Shown piece after piece: positions 14,151 through 16,211 of a DNA stretch of 16,211 nucleotides (position 1 is the first letter of the stretch; every line of letters starts with the position of its first letter). The stretch covers positions 1 to 16,211 of the forward strand of contig JBMFKQ010000035.1 of NCBI GenBank assembly GCA_049972095.1. Reading direction: 5' to 3'. The notes below the pieces were generated by a model. The model did no database searches, was not told the origin of the DNA, and worked only from the letters and a program-made list of their open reading frames with translations. A program made the translations under genes and the position numbers. The DNA comes from Elusimicrobiales bacterium. Lineage in GTDB: Bacteria > Elusimicrobiota > Elusimicrobia > Elusimicrobiales > UBA9959.

Positions 14151-16211
14151 ATGACAGGTTTTAGTGAAAATGAACTAAACGAAAACGCTATAAATGATAT
14201 AGAAACTGCAAGATCTGCTCTAAGATGGAGTCTTGATAAAGTAAGAGCTCTGGAGGATGAACTTTTAAGAGTTAAACATGAACTTCACGATAAAACATCA
14301 CAGATAAATTTTCTTGAAAAACAGATTGAAGGTAAAAATATTGAGATAGCAAGAATAATAAAAACAAATGAGGAGGAGGTTGAATCAAGAAGAAGGATGC
14401 TTGAGACTGAGTTTCGTTCAAAACTTGAAAGAATTGAAGAGAAGGAAAGGGAACTTGAGGAAAAAAGTGCAAAGCTTGATCAACTTTACAGAGAAAAGGA
14501 AGAAAAACTTATTGAGGAGTTTACTAAGAGAAACAATGAACTTAAAAGGCGATGGGCTGAGATAGAGGAAGAACTCTGGCAGGCAAAGCAAATGCAGTTT
14601 CAAAAACAAGAAGAGTTTGACAAGATATATGAGGCAAAGATTAAAGAAGAAAGAGATAAGATGCATGCTGAAATAGAAGCTTTAAAACAGGAATATGAAA
14701 AAAAATACGCTGAGAGGATAAGAGCCCTTGAAGAGAGAGAAAGAGCTATGGAGGAGGAGTTTAAGAAAAGAGAGGCGGTCATAAAGTGGGCAAAGGATAG
14801 CTTTCAAAAAGAGCTTGAGGAAAAGGGGAAAAAACTAAGAGAAAAAGAAGAAGAGATTGAGGGGAAGTTAAGGCTTAAAGATTCAGAGATTGAGGAGTTA
14901 AAAGGTAAGATCATACTTCTTGAAAAAGAGATTTCAGTGTATGCATCTAATGCTAAATCTAAGGATGAGGAGATTGAGAGAACAAAAAAAATTATATTGC
15001 AGTTTGAAGATGTTGTAAAAACACTTAGCGATGAGAAGGAGGCTTTAAAGAGTGGAATTAATGAGAAGGAGAAAGAGATTGAGGTTTTAAGAAAGAAGAT
15101 TGATGAGGAGAAGAAAAAAACAGAAAATGAGTTTTCATTAAAGCTTAAGATTGCTCTTGAACATGAAAGAAACAGATATGCTGATAAACTGAAAGATCTT
15201 GTTGAATCTCATAAAAGGGAGATTGGTATAAAAAGCCAGGAGATACAGCTTCTTTCTTCAACTATTCAAGGTCTTGAAAATGAGAACAAAAACCTCAAGG
15301 ATGAGATAAAAAAGATGGATGATGAGATCAAAACTCTCAAAAATACACTTGAGACAAAAACAAATGAATTTGCCTTCAAGCTTAAACAGGCAGAGGATGA
15401 GTATAAAATAAGGCTCTCGCTTGAGCTTGAAAGGAGGGATAAAAATTTCAAGCAGGAGATTGAGAATGCGAGGAAGAGGTATGAGGATATCATAAGTTTG
15501 AAGGAGAGTGAGATATCTGAGCTTAAGGTGATGAAAGCGAATCTTGAGGATGAGAGGATGAAAGCGGCTGTTGAGGTTGAGAGGCTTTCAGGATTAATAA
15601 ATGATATGAAGATTGATTTTGAAAGACAGAAGGGGGATATTGCGAATGAAGTGAAGAGAGCTGTTTCAGAGTCTTATGAAGAGAAGATTAGGATGATAAT
15701 TAGTCAGCATAACGATGAGGTTAATCATTTGAAGGATATAATAAATGAACTTAGGGGCAAGATAGAGCAGGAGCGTAAGGTTTACGAGGAAGGGAGGAAG
15801 GAGTTGATAAGTAGTTATGAGCTTAAGGTTGAGAATTTAATCAAGTCGCATCAATTGGAGTTAGCGAATCTTGCATCTGATATGGGTGCGAAGATAAACG
15901 AGAAAGAGAAAGAGATAAAGAACCTAAAGGAGGATTTCAAACAAGAGATTGAGAATATAAGAAAGAGATATGAGGATGTTATAAATTCGAAGAAAAAGGA
16001 GATATCTGAACTTCAAGCTGTAAGGGCGAATCTTGAGGATGAGAGGATGAAAGCGGTTGCTGAGGTTGAGAGGCTTTCAGGATTAATAAATGATATGAAG
16101 ATTGATTTTGAAAGACAGAAGGGGGATATTGCGAATGAAGTGAAGAGAGCTGTTTCAGAGTCTTATGAAGAGAAGATTAGGATGATAATTAGTCAGCATA
16201 ACGATGAGGTT
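14151..16211 (+). CDS. Large Glu/Lys/Arg-rich coiled-coil repeat protein of unknown function (3' truncated, at least 687 aa)
   Basis: Not in the ORF track because it has no stop in the window. GAGGAG SD precedes ATG 14151. The frame, translated by hand, is open to the last base: MTGFSENELNENAINDIETARSALRWSLDKVRALEDELLRVKHEL...IRMIISQHNDEV. No Pro, Cys, TM segment or signal peptide seen. Confidence 0.93.
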   Translation, partial: MTGFSENELNENAINDIETARSALRWSLDKVRALEDELLRVKHELHDKTSQINFLEKQIEGKNIEIARIIKTNEEEVESRRRMLETEFRSKLERIEEKERELEEKSAKLDQLYREKEEKLIEEFTKRNNELKRRWAEIEEELWQAKQMQFQKQEEFDKIYEAKIKEERDKMHAEIEALKQEYEKKYAERIRALEERERAMEEEFKKREAVIKWAKDSFQKELEEKGKKLREKEEEIEGKLRLKDSEIEELKGKIILLEKEISVYASNAKSKDEEIERTKKIILQFEDVVKTLSDEKEALKSGINEKEKEIEVLRKKIDEEKKKTENEFSLKLKIALEHERNRYADKLKDLVESHKREIGIKSQEIQLLSSTIQGLENENKNLKDEIKKMDDEIKTLKNTLETKTNEFAFKLKQAEDEYKIRLSLELERRDKNFKQEIENARKRYEDIISLKESEISELKVMKANLEDERMKAAVEVERLSGLINDMKIDFERQKGDIANEVKRAVSESYEEKIRMIISQHNDEVNHLKDIINELRGKIEQERKVYEEGRKELISSYELKVENLIKSHQLELANLASDMGAKINEKEKEIKNLKEDFKQEIENIRKRYEDVINSKKKEISELQAVRANLEDERMKAVAEVERLSGLINDMKIDFERQKGDIANEVKRAVSESYEEKIRMIISQHNDEV
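15445..16211 (+). repeat. In-frame 489-bp (163-aa) tandem repeat: copy 1 about 15445-15933, copy 2 15934->16211 (truncated)
   Basis: 15537-15722 and 16026-16211 differ at 2 of 186 nt (GCT GTT vs GTT GCT). The first ~90 nt of each unit are more diverged (FKQEIENARKRYEDII vs FKQEIENIRKRYEDVI). Confidence 0.95.

Noticed and set aside
607..15493. Short antisense or out-of-frame ORFs in the track (e.g. 607-813, 1252-1542, 5489-5863, 12758-13231, 14272-14782, 15266-15493)
   Set aside because: They lie within or opposite well-supported genes and have no motifs. Their F/S/L-rich composition is the expected mirror of purine-rich coding strands.
14151..16211. SMC/SbcC ATPase or phage tape-measure identity for the coiled-coil ORF
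   Set aside because: There is no N-terminal Walker A head, no Ala/Gly-rich or TM segments, and no phage genes nearby.
15445..16211. CRISPR array or mobile-element repeat
   Set aside because: The unit is 489 bp, in frame and coding, with no spacers, terminal inverted repeats or transposase.

Overview
AT-rich bacterial chromosomal segment; the lineage cannot be assigned from the sequence alone. It starts in the 3' end of tuf and continues with rpmG, tRNA-Trp, secE, nusG, rplK and rplA. The cluster stops there, without rplJ/rplL/rpoBC, and meets a convergent, degraded ankyrin ORF. The minus strand then carries a secreted plant-type GH13 alpha-amylase and a purine operon: purM, a secreted beta-lactamase-fold (LpqF/Cpe-like) protein lacking its catalytic SxxK, and a PurN-PurH fusion. 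Next come a divergently transcribed dipeptide epimerase, a 40-codon ORF with a nucleotidyl-cyclase motif, a degenerate TPP-riboswitch-like leader in front of a divergent thiC, and a class II (B12-dependent) ribonucleotide reductase (nrdJ). The window ends inside an ORF absent from the supplied track (14151..>16211, at least 687 aa): a Pro/Cys-free coiled-coil protein with a 489-bp (163-aa) internal tandem repeat. No CRISPR array, transposase or integrase was seen.
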